A stretch of DNA of 64,000 nt from Eledone cirrhosa (GCA_964016885.1 OZ024741.1:154814001-154878000); one strand, 5' to 3'; positions 11,097-22,660 are shown, counted from the first letter of the stretch. Made by a program: numbers and translations. The notes: generated from the letters alone by a model not told the origin.

Positions 11097-11128
11097 ACCT
11101 GAGGAAGGGCTTATGCCCGAAACGTCGT
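11097..11128 (+). ncRNA. Minimal type I HHR of PLE type
   Basis: CTGAGGA-A-GGGC-TTAT-GCCC-GAAACGTC with AATAAA ~40 nt downstream. Stem I is only 2 bp. Confidence 0.7.
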
Positions 11129-11394
11129 TCCCCACCACCACCCCACTCTCCAGAGCGTGAAATTAATAAACATTCGTTGTACTGCCTCTCTGTTTTGTTC
11201 CTGTTCAAATTTTCCCATTATATATATATACATACATAAATATATATATATATATATACATACATATGGTGGCTGCCAACTCGTTTTCGAGTACGGCCAC
11301 TACTTTATATCCATGTAGGAGAACCCCTACCGATGTGCTGAACGAGTGTGACTTTTTAGTCCAGCCAACGACTTGAAAACTCTGGTACAAACAC

Positions 11395-11649
11395 TGTGGG
11401 TATGGTGTGGCATGCGGTGGCCGGAGGCGGGGGAGTGCTCGACCGGAAGGGTGCTTGGCCGGAAGGATGCTCGACCGGAAGGGCCGGCAGAGGGCCTCTC
11501 TCTAGTGGTGACCAGCAGGCGGTGTGGACGCGAGTTTTGGGCAGCTCCCGATGTTAAGCAGCTGGACGCACGTGGAAGAGGAGTAAGCTGCAGTGGAGTT
11601 TAGCGGCGCCTATGAAAAGCGGTAAGTGAGATAGCTTTTTCTAACCACA
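11395..11649 (+). repeat. 5' LTR (255 bp)
   Basis: Direct repeat of 15318-15540 with two extra copies of a 16-bp unit. Confidence 0.95.
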
Positions 11650-11718
11650 AGCTATTTCGGTGACTGGAAAAAAAACAAAAACAAAAAAAAAAACACTTGC
11701 CGCAAGACAAATCAGAAG

Positions 11719-12480
11719 ATGGCGACAAGACTACGGATGAACGAAGCTATCAGGGCATTTACCGGGGAAGGTGATGTTGTCGCTTGGCTGCAGAAGGTTC
11801 GGTTGGTCGCAAGCTTGCAGAAGATAGAGGACGTGGCCGGCCTCATGGCACTGTACCTCGAGGGCGACGCATTGGTACTCTTCCTTGAGTTGGACGAGTA
11901 CAGCCAAAGAGATGTGCAGAAGATTGAGAGGCGGCTGATGGATGCATTCGCCGAGGGACCGTTGGCGGCTTTTGCTAAGCTGGCGAGAATCAGGTGGAAT
12001 GGTGAGCGCGTCGACATTTTCGCAGCGGAAATACGGCGGTTGGCTATGTTGGCGGGTTACCAGGCGGAATGTGAACGCACGGTGCGGTTGGCGTTCATCA
12101 ATGGATTTCCGGACGACATAGCGGTGAAACTGCAGCAAGTCCCGGGTTATAAAGAGATGGAAATGCGTTCACTGGTAGAACAAGCCCGGATCATAGCGGA
12201 AGATGCCAAAAAGAGTGTTGCGGCGATAGCAACTACGGAGGCTCAGGACACCTGGCAGCGAAATGGTGAAAGGGAGGCAACCTCGGCACGCGGTCGCCCG
12301 CGAACGTTTAGAGGGCGCTGTTTTCGGTGCCAGGGCCCGCACATAGCTAGAGACTGTAGAGAGTCGAAGCTGGAGATAATTTGCTACCGGTGTAAGCGAC
12401 CAGGCCACATCGCTACTAACTGCGACCAGGGAAACGATCCCAGGGGAACTACTGCGCCGGTAGTTGCCCCTTACGAGTAG
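11719..12480 (+). CDS. gag: Gag, intact, two CCHC zinc knuckles
   Basis: 253-aa ORF containing CFRCQGPHIARDC and CYRCKRPGHIATNC. Confidence 0.9.
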   Translation: MATRLRMNEAIRAFTGEGDVVAWLQKVRLVASLQKIEDVAGLMALYLEGDALVLFLELDEYSQRDVQKIERRLMDAFAEGPLAAFAKLARIRWNGERVDIFAAEIRRLAMLAGYQAECERTVRLAFINGFPDDIAVKLQQVPGYKEMEMRSLVEQARIIAEDAKKSVAAIATTEAQDTWQRNGEREATSARGRPRTFRGRCFRCQGPHIARDCRESKLEIICYRCKRPGHIATNCDQGNDPRGTTAPVVAPYE

Positions 12481-12486
12481 CGGCGC
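12429..12486 (+). promoter_or_regulatory. Programmed -1 ribosomal frameshift signal (slippery heptamer plus H-type pseudoknot)
   Basis: G GGA AAC in gag phase, 7-nt spacer, stem 1 GGGGAACTAC/GTAGTTGCCCC, stem 2 GCGCCG/CGGCGC. The -1 frame is open into the protease. Confidence 0.88.
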
Positions 12487-15240
12487 TGCCCGTGGTGGAA
12501 GTCTTTGTGAGGGGGAAGCCACAGCGGGCCCTCGTGGACACGGGCTGTACAACGACACTGGTGACCGCGGGGGTGGCGCAGAGGTGGGGAGGGAAGAGCA
12601 GCGTAAGGGCAGTCGACGGCAGGAAAATTGAATGCCGAGGTCGCAGCGAGATGGAAATAGCGGTACGGGGAAGGAGGAGAAGCTTTCCGCCATCGTGGTA
12701 GACAGTGTGGTGGATTGGATCGGCGTGGTTATGGGCATGGACGCGATTGGCCGTCTAGGGGGCGTCACGGTGAACAATGTCGGTGTGTCGTTTGGCGCCG
12801 CTGCATCGGTATGCGCTGTGAGTGCACGTTATGAGAACCAGAAGGCCCACGAGAAGGAATACCCCGCTTACACTGTGCAGGAAAAAGACTTCAAGGCCGT
12901 GTTTGATGGGCAGCGATGGGTTGTTGAGTGGTACTGGAAGGGAGAACCACCAACACTGAAGACCAAAGTGGGCTGCTATCAACACACATTGAAGGGAAAC
13001 GCTAGGGGCGAGTTCGAGCGAGAAGTAGAGAGATGGATCGAAGAGGGCATACTGCTTCCCTGGAAGGAGGAGGTGAAGTGCGGAGTATTGCCGTTAATGG
13101 CGGTGGTGCAACCCACGAAGAGGAAGGTGAGGCCGGTGCTGGACTATCGGGAGCTGAACGAGCACGTGTCATGCCACACGGGTGGCGAGGTCACGGATGT
13201 CTGTGGGGAAACCCTGCGTGAGTGGAGATGCATGACGAGGGGTTCAGCGATCGTGGATCTAAAGTTGGCTTACTTGCAGTTGCATATAGATGAGAAGCTC
13301 TGGCGGTATCAGCTGGTCAGGTATAAGGGCCGGACATATTGCCTGACCAGGCTCGGTTTCGGGCTGAGCTCCGCACCGAAGATCATGGCGGCGGTCCTCA
13401 AGACCGCTCTGGGGAGGGCCGACAAGATAAAGAGGGCTACTAACTCCTATATTGATGACATCCTAGTGGACGAGTCGGTGGTGTCGGCGGCGGAGGTCAC
13501 GAGCCATTTACGGAGGTATGGACTGACTGCGAAGCCATCAGAAGCATTGGAGGGAGGAGCCGCGCTGGGACTTAGGCTACGGCGAGACAGGACGGGCGTT
13601 TTGGTATTCCAGAGGGGAAACGAAGTTCTGGAACTGGGCCCAAGTATGAGTAGGCGGGAGCTTTTCTCGGTGTGTGGAAAGCTGGTGGGTCACTACCCGA
13701 TCGCTGGGTGGCTCCGGACGGCATGCAGCTATGTCAAGAGACGAGCGGGAGGGGTGACTTGGAGTGACAGAGTGGGAGAGAGGACGGTGGCCATGATGCA
13801 GGAGATCGTGGGGAGGGTGAAGGCCGATGACCCAGTGCGGGGACGCTGGTACGTTCCCAAATCACAGAGCGGGACCGTATGGTGCGATGCCAGCAGCATA
13901 GCGCTGGGTGTCACGTTGGAGATAGGAGGTGTTGAGGTTGAGGATGCAGCCTGGCTTAGAAAGAAGGGCGACTGCAACCACATCAATGTGGCCAAGCTGG
14001 ACGCGGTGTTGAGAGGGGTGAACCTCGCCCTGTGGTGGGGGCTGCGCACCATCGAGATACGCACCGACTCGGCTACTGTACTCGGATGGGTAAGATCAGT
14101 GCTCACCAGTGAGAAGAGAGTGTGAATGAGAGGCACGGCGGAGATGCTGATAAAGCGCCGCCTGGGAACGTTAGGAGAGCTGGCCACCGAGTTCGACCTG
14201 AAGCTGAGCGTAGTTTTCGTGACCTCAGAGAAAAATAGGGCGGACATCTTAACTAGAGTGAAGAAAGCCTGGATAGAAGCGCCGGAGGAGGTAGAGGATG
14301 AGATATCTGCCGTGTGTCGGCTGACCGAGTCAGATCTGAAGGGGTTGCATGACATGCACCACATGGGGGTGGATAGGAGCCTGTTCCTAGCCAGGAGAAT
14401 CGACTCGGACGTTAGCAGACACAGTGTTCGGGGGTGGTTAGAGGCTGCGTCCGATGTCAGTCCATTGATCCCGCCCCGGGTGTACACGAAATGGGAAGCC
14501 TCCCGGTGGATCGCGACTGGAAGCGATTAGCGGTGGATGTGATGCACTACCGGCAGGAAACGTACCTCTCGATGGTCGACTGTGGACCAGGTCGAATGGC
14601 GATATGGAGGGAGATGAGGACTGGAACGGCCGAGGAAATCGTGCGGACGTTGAGAGAGGTGTTCTTGGCGCGGGGCCCTGTGGATGAACTGCTGATGGAC
14701 AACAGCGCAGCGTTCCGCTCGGAGGCACTGAGGGAGATGCTCGATGGATGGAAGGTGGACCGTTTCTTCAGAGCGGCGCACAGGCCGAGCGGGAATGGAA
14801 TCGTGGAGCGACACCACCGGACGATCAAGGCAATGATGGAGCGGGGCCATATCTCACCAATGGAGGCAGTGTTCTGGTACAATATGTCCCCTCGGGTTGG
14901 ACAGGTCGAGGAATCGGTGCCACACAGAGCAGTATTCAAATACGAGTGGCGGCACCCGTGCACGCCACCACAACGGCCAGTGGGGAGAGAGAGTGCATTT
15001 GTGCAGGTGGGCGAAGAAGTCTGGGTTAAGCCCCCAGATGCACGTTGCACATCTCAATGGGGAAGGGGGAACGGTGACGGCCGTAAATTCAAAGAACAAT
15101 GTGTCCGTGGACGGGGTACCACGTCATGTCCTGGATGTAAGAAGAATCACTGTGTCGACGGACTCTGAGGACGAGGAAACCCAAGATGAGGTGGAAACCC
15201 AGAGCTCTGCCCCAATACTACGGAGATCGCAATGAAGTCG
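12432..15240 (+). pseudogene. pol: pol (protease, RT, RNase H, integrase), disrupted
   Basis: LVDTGC; VLDYRELN, YIDD; WCDAS..TDS..NRAD; HHCC and D-D-E (LAVD, LMDN, GIVER). Frameshifts at ~12670, ~14430 and ~15068, and an in-frame TGA at 14123-14125. Confidence 0.92.
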
Positions 15241-15317
15241 TAGACCACCAGCCTGGACAGCAGACTTTCATATGCAGATGGACGAGGGGGAAATTGATCC
15301 TTGAGATCAGGGGGGCG

Positions 15318-15540
15318 TGTGGGTATGGTGTGGCATGCAGTGGCTGGAGGCGGGGGAGTGCTCGACCGGAAGGGCCGGCAGAGGGCCTCTCTCTAGTGGT
15401 GACCAGCAAACGGTGTGGACGCGAGTTTTGGGCAGCTCCCAGTGTTAAGCAGTTGGACGCACGTGGAAGAGGAGTAACCTGCAGTGGAGTTTAGCGGCGC
15501 CTATGAAAAACGGTAAGTGAGATAGCTTTTTCTAACCACA
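15318..15540 (+). repeat. 3' LTR (223 bp)
   Basis: About 9 substitutions relative to the 5' LTR, counted by eye. Confidence 0.95.
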
Positions 15541-16528
15541 AATACTACACTTGTGACAATTATTGACACATAGTGCTGGGCCCATGGTACCATGTGACAA
15601 CAAGTGCAGAGAGATCTCCATATATAAAGCAATTCCTGTGCCGTGAAGCTTTTATAGTGAGCAAAGGCACTGCACAAAGCCAGTCCCACTCTTAACCAGT
15701 CCCACTCTCTTAACCAAGATGATATTTACCAAAAAGAAGAACAAGTCAACATCATTGGATACCATCAGGAATACCAACTGGAAACTTATAATAAATTGAT
15801 ACCATCAGGATACCAACTGGAAACTTATAATAAGTTGAAGTAAAAACCAACAGGTGCGTTGCAGGTGTTATATCAGGGTTGCAGGTGTTATATCAGAGTT
15901 TTCATTCTCCTAGAATTCTGCCTTGACAAAGGGTAAGGGGTCATCTCTCCTGGTGATTTTGGATGGCCATTGACTCTTAAGAGCTCCTTTGCCCTTTGAC
16001 AGGTTTTGTTTTTAGTCCTGCAGGATGTCCAAAGTCACCCTCCTCACCAAGAAACCTTGGTGGGGTTGCCAGTTTAGTCGCCAACGGCCTGACCATGGGA
16101 CAGGTTGTACTGGGATACATGTTACCAGTAGTACCAACTGGTGACCTGACATACATATATATACATATATATACACACATACATATATATATATATATAC
16201 ACATACATATATATATATATACACACATATATATATATATATACACACATATATATATATACACATATATACATATATATATATATACACATATATACAT
16301 ATATATATATACACATATATACATATATATATACACATGTATACATATACACATATATACAATATATATATACACATATATACATATATATATATATACA
16401 TATATACATATATATATATATATACATATATACATATATATGGAAAGTTATATTTAAATTGTTGGGTTAACAACGAGTAAATATTTATAACTGATATAAA
16501 AGCACTCAACAAGTATTTGGAGTATATT

Positions 16529-16893
16529 TATGATATTAAATAAATGGAAACTATATTTATAAAACCATATTTATTTCGTTATATATATTTCAGGGATATC
16601 ATATTAACAATATGTTATGCCATCTTCAGACAAAATACAATATAAACAGTCTTATAAATAAATAGATACGACATACCTTTCAATCACCTTGCATTTGGGA
16701 GGTTGATTTGTCAGATCAACCTCCCAAATGCAAGGTGATTGAAAGGTATGTCGTATCTATTTATTTATAAGACTGTTTATATTGTATTTTGTCTGAAGAT
16801 GGCAAAACATATTGTTAATATGATATCCCTGAAATATATATAACGAAATAAATATGGTTTTATAAATATAGTTTCCATTTATTTAATATCATA
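16529..16893. repeat. 365-bp near-perfect palindrome with mirrored HHRs
   Basis: Centre at 16711. Two mismatches seen between the arms. Lies within a (TA)n-flanked element (~16440-16893). Confidence 0.96.
16785..16850 (+). ncRNA. Type I HHR (mirror copy at 16572-16637, minus)
   Basis: TATTTTGT-CTGAAGA-TGGC..CATATT/AATATG..CCCT-GAAATATATATA-ACGAAATA. Stem I is 8 bp. Confidence 0.72.
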
Positions 16894-17018
16894 TATACAT
16901 AAATATATATATATACAAATATAGATATATATATATACATATATAGATATATATATATATACATATATACATATATATATATACATATATACATATATAC
17001 ATATATATATATACATAT

Positions 17019-17053
<35 letters not shown>

Positions 17054-17090
17054 CATATATATATACATATATACATATATATATATATAC

Positions 17091-17121
<31 letters not shown>

Positions 17122-17342
17122 CATATATACATATATATATACATATATATACATATACATATATACATATATATATACATATACATATATATACATATAT
17201 ATACATATACATACATATACATATATACATATATATAAATATACATATATATATACATATACATATATATATATACATATATATATATATACATATATAT
17301 ATACATATATATATACATATATATATACATATATATATATAC

Positions 17343-17374
<32 letters not shown>

Positions 17375-17378
<4 letters not shown>

Positions 17379-18002
17379 TGTTATACTTGGGGAGGGTCAT
17401 ATTTGCGTAATATTGCCAGAATTAATAACAGAACACACTCACTGTTTGGTTGGTTTTCGCTTCTCGCTGTCTTTTATATCTGTGATCTAACTTACTCGGT
17501 CCTCAATGTTGCCATTGACTGACCGACGGTCAAAAATAATACAGATACAATATAGACACAAACACATATATATAGTTTACATAATTTACATAAATCTTTC
17601 GTTGCACATCTGCAACATCGTCAGTGGTGTTATATTGTTTGTTCCTCCTGTTGTGTTGTATGTCTACGGCATTTTTTTTTTTTTTATGAATAAAAAAAAA
17701 AAAAATGGCGTAGACATACAACACAACAGGAGGAACAAACAATATAACACCACTGACGATGTTGCAGATGTGCAACGAAAGATTTATGTAAATTATGTAA
17801 ACTATATATATGTGTTTGTGTCTATATTGTATCTGTATTATTTTTGACCGTCGGTCAGTCAATGGCAACATTGAGGACCGAGTAAGTTAGATCGCAGATA
17901 TAAAAGACAGCGAGAAGCGAAAACCAACCAAACAGTGAGTGTGTTCTGTTATTAATTCTGGCAATATTACGCAAATATGACCCTCCCCAAGTATAACAAT
18001 AT
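17375..18002. repeat. 628-bp near-perfect palindrome with mirrored HHR cores
   Basis: Centre at 17688/17689 between T14 and A14. The mirrored 113-aa ORFs in the track confirm the symmetry. The right arm continues to ~18043. Confidence 0.97.
17753..17796 (+). ncRNA. HHR core (mirror core at 17597-17624, minus)
   Basis: CTGACGA-T-GTTGCA-GATG-TGCAAC-GAAA. Stems I and III are imperfect. Confidence 0.6.
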
Positions 18003-18084
18003 CTGTTTCGACACACGATTTCATATAAAAAACCTTGCTAAACTATATATATATACATATATATATATACATATATACACATAG

Positions 18085-18977
18085 CACAAGCAATCAAAAA
18101 CCCGGCTGACGCTGCCCTTTTACAACAAGATCTGGATGCCATATACAAATGGGCGGAAGAAAACAACATGCAGTTTAATGCTGGCAAATTCCAAGCCCTA
18201 CAATACAGACCTCCAAACAAACCTGCAAACACAAATATAGTACAACACAACTACACAGGACCAGGAGGGACCGATATCCCCGTGTCAAAATCGATACGAG
18301 ACCTGGGCATAGACATGAGCGATGATGCATCTTTTTCCTCACACATCATGAAAGTGGCGACAATGTGCAGATGACTCACTGGCTGGATCTTGAGGAATTT
18401 CCGGACAAGAGACCAAGACACGATGTTGACACTATGGAGGACATTTGTCCTAAGCCACCTGGACTACTGCTCCCAGTTGGGGTCACCCCATAGTGGTCAC
18501 CCCATACTGGGAGAGGCTGAGGGAACTGAACCTCTACTCCTTGGAATGAAAACGGGAGAGATACGTAGTGATCTACATGGGGAAAATCCTGGAGGATTGG
18601 GAGCTGGACCAACCGTCGAACAGGATGTCACTGTGTGGTGCCAAAGGTCCCGTCTTCCACATCTAGAATAAGGAGCAGGTATTGCAATAGCCTGGGATTC
18701 AAGAGCCCTCAACTCCTCAACAAGCTGCCGAGGGATCCGAGAGATTTGCATGACGTGGAGGTGGATGTCTTCAAGAAACATCTCAACACCTTTTTATCCA
18801 GGATCCCGGATGAGCCCACAGCAAGGAACGAGGGAAACCTAAGGGCAGCAGCAACAAACTCCCTCTTACACCAGTGGCCAACCTATACAGGCTGGAGATA
18901 AAATGTGTAGCCAGAAGGGCGGTGCCCCAGCATGGCCTCAGCCGGATGGCTGAAACAGGTAAAAGAATAAAAGAATA
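18085..18977 (+). mobile_element. CR1-group LINE 3' fragment
   Basis: [51 protein letters not shown], then a tail GCCCCAGCATGGCC..AAAAGAATAAAAGAATA. Confidence 0.88.
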
Positions 18978-18990
18978 TATATATATATAC

Positions 18991-19079
<89 letters not shown>

Positions 19080-19094
19080 CATATATACATATAC

Positions 19095-19130
<36 letters not shown>

Positions 19131-19461
19131 GGAGGCACATGGCTTAGTGGTTAGAGCATTGGCCTTGCAATCGAAAGGTTGTGAGTTCACTTCTCATAGC
19201 GGGCGATGTGTTGTTTCCTTGAGCAAGACACTTTATTTCACATTGCTCCAGTCTACTCACTTTAGAGTGGAATGATAGGGACCCCAGTCCCTATCATTCC
19301 ACTCTAAAGTGGACGTGCAAAAAAGCACCCAGCACTCACTGTAAATGAGGTTGGTGTTAGGAAGGGCATCCAGCTGTAGAAATCAAGCCAGAATCAGTTC
19401 CCGTCCCACCCTTGCAAGCAGGGAAAAAGCGGACGTAAAATGAAATGATGATGATGATGAT
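19131..19461 (+). mobile_element. SINE family A copy
   Basis: Full head GGAGGCACATGGCTTAGTGGTTAG through to the (GAT)n tail. Confidence 0.88.
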
Positions 19462-19530
19462 ATACATATAAGGATTAAAATACTGGAGTGTATATATATA
19501 TACTGGAGCGTATATATATATACACATCAT

Positions 19531-19861
19531 AATTTCATTTACGTCCGCTTTTTCCATGCTTGCAAGGGAGGGACGGGAACTGATTCTGGCTTGATTTCTA
19601 CAGCTGGATGCCCTTCCTAACACCAACCTCATTTACAGTGAGTGCTGGGTGCTTTTTTGCCGTGGTACCTCCACGACCACTTTGCAGTGGAATGATAGGG
19701 ACTCCAGTCCCTATCATCTCATTTCTACAGCTGAGTAAACTGGAGCCAATGTGAAATAAAGTGTCTTGCTCAAGGGAACAACACATCACCCGGTCTGAGA
19801 ATTGAACTCACAACCTTTCGATTGCAAGGCCAATGCTCTAACCACTAAGCCATGTGCCTCC
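19531..19861 (-). mobile_element. SINE family A copy, tail-to-tail with the 19131 copy
   Basis: Reverse complement of the 19131 copy. Confidence 0.88.
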
Positions 19862-19929
19862 ACATATATATATATATATATATACACATATATATATATA
19901 TATACACACATATATATATATATATATAC

Positions 19930-19997
<68 letters not shown>

Positions 19998-19998
<1 letters not shown>

Positions 19999-20770
19999 GA
20001 ACGGGATGGAAGAAGTTCGGGGAACTACTGCCACTGCTAGCTGCAAAAGGCTTCTCCCTCAAAATGAAAGGAAGATTGTATGATGCGTGTATCCGAACAG
20101 CAATGTTACATGGTAGTGAGACCTGGGCACTGAAGGTGGAAGACTTACGTAGATTAGAGAGAAACGAAGCCTGCATGCTCCGATGGATGTGTAATAGTAA
20201 TATACGCGACCGACAAAGCATAAATGAATTGAGAGAGAGACTGAGCATAAGAGGAATCAAATACTGTGTGCAGGAGAGGCGGTTGCGTTGGTATGGACAT
20301 GTGATGCGTATGAAGGATGACAGCTGCATAAAAAGGTGCAGAGCACTAAAAGTCAATGGAGACCGCGGAGTGGGGAGACCCAAGATGACCTGGGATGAGG
20401 TGATAAAAGCCGACCTTACCCAATTACACCTCTCCAAGGCGATGACACACGACCGTGACCTCTGGCGTCACGCAGTAATACAGAGTACCTGACCTCCCAT
20501 GGGTACAAGCTGAAGCATATAGACAATATGCCCCCACACCCTCCCACTGCAAGGTGGTCGTGGAGGTGCCACAGCAAAAAAGCACCCAGCCCACACTGTA
20601 AATGAGGTTGGTGTTAGGAAGGGCATCCAGCTGTAGAAATCAAGCCAAATCAGTTCCTGTATGAGCAAGGCATGGTCAGCCGACCAGACACTGCCCACAA
20701 CAGGACAACCCGTCTAACCCATGCTAGCGTGGAAGAACGGACGTAAAACGTATATGATGATGATGATGAT
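19998..20770 (+). mobile_element. RTE LINE 3' fragment
   Basis: [36 protein letters not shown], then a 3' UTR and (GAT)n tail. Confidence 0.92.
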
Positions 20771-21040
20771 CATGATATATATATATATACACATACATAT
20801 ATATCTACACATACATATATATATACACACATATATATATATATACATATACATATATATATATACATATATATATATAATATACATATGTATATATACA
20901 TATACATATATATACATATATATATATATATACCTACATATATATATGTATATATATTGAATACTGTTAGCTTCTCGCTAAAACAATTTCTATACCTTTC
21001 ATTTCTATACATATATATATATACATATATATATATATAC

Positions 21041-21442
21041 ACCTAAATACAAAGTAAAACCTACTACAGTCAGTAGGCATCTCTAACAAAATACACCCCC
21101 GTCCCACCACCTCCACCCCATCCACACTGCCCCTTTCAATGTAAAGTTATGTTGGTGCCACAACATCCAGGCCGAAACAAATGAGATCGTGTAGGTGTCA
21201 CGACAAAAAAAACACACAGTCCACGCTGTAATGTGGCCGTGTAGGCAACACGGTAAAAACCTCCCAGCCCTACACTGTAAATGTGGTTGGTGTTAGGAAG
21301 GGCATCCAGCTGTAGAAAACCCGCCAGACAGTCCTATGCGAGCAAGACAATCACTCTTGCCTCAAGTGGGAAAACCCCCGTCCAAATCCATGCAAGCGTG
21401 GAACACGGACGTTAAACGATGATGATGATGATGATGATGATG
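21041..21442 (+). mobile_element. RTE 3' UTR copy (same subfamily as 22661-25190; another copy at ~56585-56970, minus)
   Basis: Reverse complement of 22661-23063, with a (GAT)n tail. Confidence 0.88.
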
Positions 21443-21572
21443 ACATATATATATATATACACATATATATATACACATATATATATATACACATATATAT
21501 ATACACATATATATATACATATATATATATACACACATATATATACATATATATATACACATATATATATAC

Positions 21573-21655
<83 letters not shown>

Positions 21656-21780
21656 CATATATATATACACATATACATATAAACATATATATATATATAC
21701 CTATATATATATATACCTATATATATATATATACCTATATATATATATATACCTATATATATATATATACATATATATAT

Positions 21781-22482
21781 ATAGTAGAATAATCGAGTAT
21801 CGAAAAATCGGCGCACGAGTTCACGATAAACAAAATTCGACATGAGTGGCCGAGGGCTCAATAATTCAGATAAATCAGAGCTATAACTATCGTTAAAATA
21901 CCAACACACATAGATTATGTCTAAAATCACCCATACGACCGAAAAATTACGATCAGGAAGATTTGGGTCACTCAGATAAAATATCAATAAATCAATAAAT
22001 CATAAGAATGTAAAAAGCTTACCCGGACCCACTAGAAAGATGGTAAATCTAGCTTCTTGGGTTTCTGTAAATCCTTAAACCGCCCCCTATCAGCTCACAT
22101 AAAATATATAAGACATCTAGAGAGCGGCGGACAGGAAATACTTTATCAACGAGCTTTGTCCAAACGAATAAAAAAGCCAAACCTAGCTGAAAACGCACAT
22201 GGAATCCAGCAAGGGAGAAAACCTCTATATCCGCGAAAAATATTCGGGAATGTGGGAAATCACATATCGAATAAGAGTGCTCAATAGACATGTTAAAATA
22301 AACAGGAGCTATTCATCATTTAATAGAATCGACAAAAAATGAACAATAAAATTAACTGGTCAATAGCTAAGTCTAGAGCTAAATATAGTAGAATAATCGA
22401 GTATCGAAAAATCGGCGCACGAGTTCACGATAAACAAAATTCGACATGAGAGGCAGAGGGATCAATAATTCAGATAAATCAG

Positions 22483-22483
<1 letters not shown>
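21781..22483. mobile_element. Unclassified non-coding element with 99-bp terminal direct repeats, in (TA)n
   Basis: 21781-21879 matches 22385-22483 with 3 mismatches (period 604 bp). No TG..CA ends and no convincing ORF. Confidence 0.8.
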
Positions 22484-22517
<34 letters not shown>

Positions 22518-22625
22518 AACGGAAAAAAATGAAACAAAATTTCATTTCCCACTCTTAGTACGGCTGTTACTTAAATATAAGTATGTACACGTACATACAT
22601 ATATGTATACATATATGTATGTACA

Positions 22626-22660
<35 letters not shown>

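Larger units (their letters stand above)
11395..15540 (+). mobile_element. Full-length Ty3/Gypsy LTR retrotransposon (decayed pol)
   Basis: TG..CA LTRs, 5-bp TSD AACAC/AATAC, PPT AGGGGGG before the 3' LTR, and gag-PR-RT-RH-IN order. Confidence 0.96.

Noticed and set aside
14123-14125. In-frame TGA in Gypsy pol as readthrough or selenocysteine
   Set aside because: Pol has several other disablements; a nonsense mutation (e.g. CGA>TGA) is simpler.
11712-15099. Antisense ORFs over the Gypsy element (similar ones overlie the RTE)
   Set aside because: Expected shadow ORFs of GC-rich coding sequence.
17506-17871. Twin 113-aa ORFs on opposite strands
   Set aside because: A by-product of the palindrome, with no protein-like features.
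19131-19205. tRNA genes at SINE heads
   Set aside because: No complete cloverleaf, and the sequence is continuous with SINE bodies.
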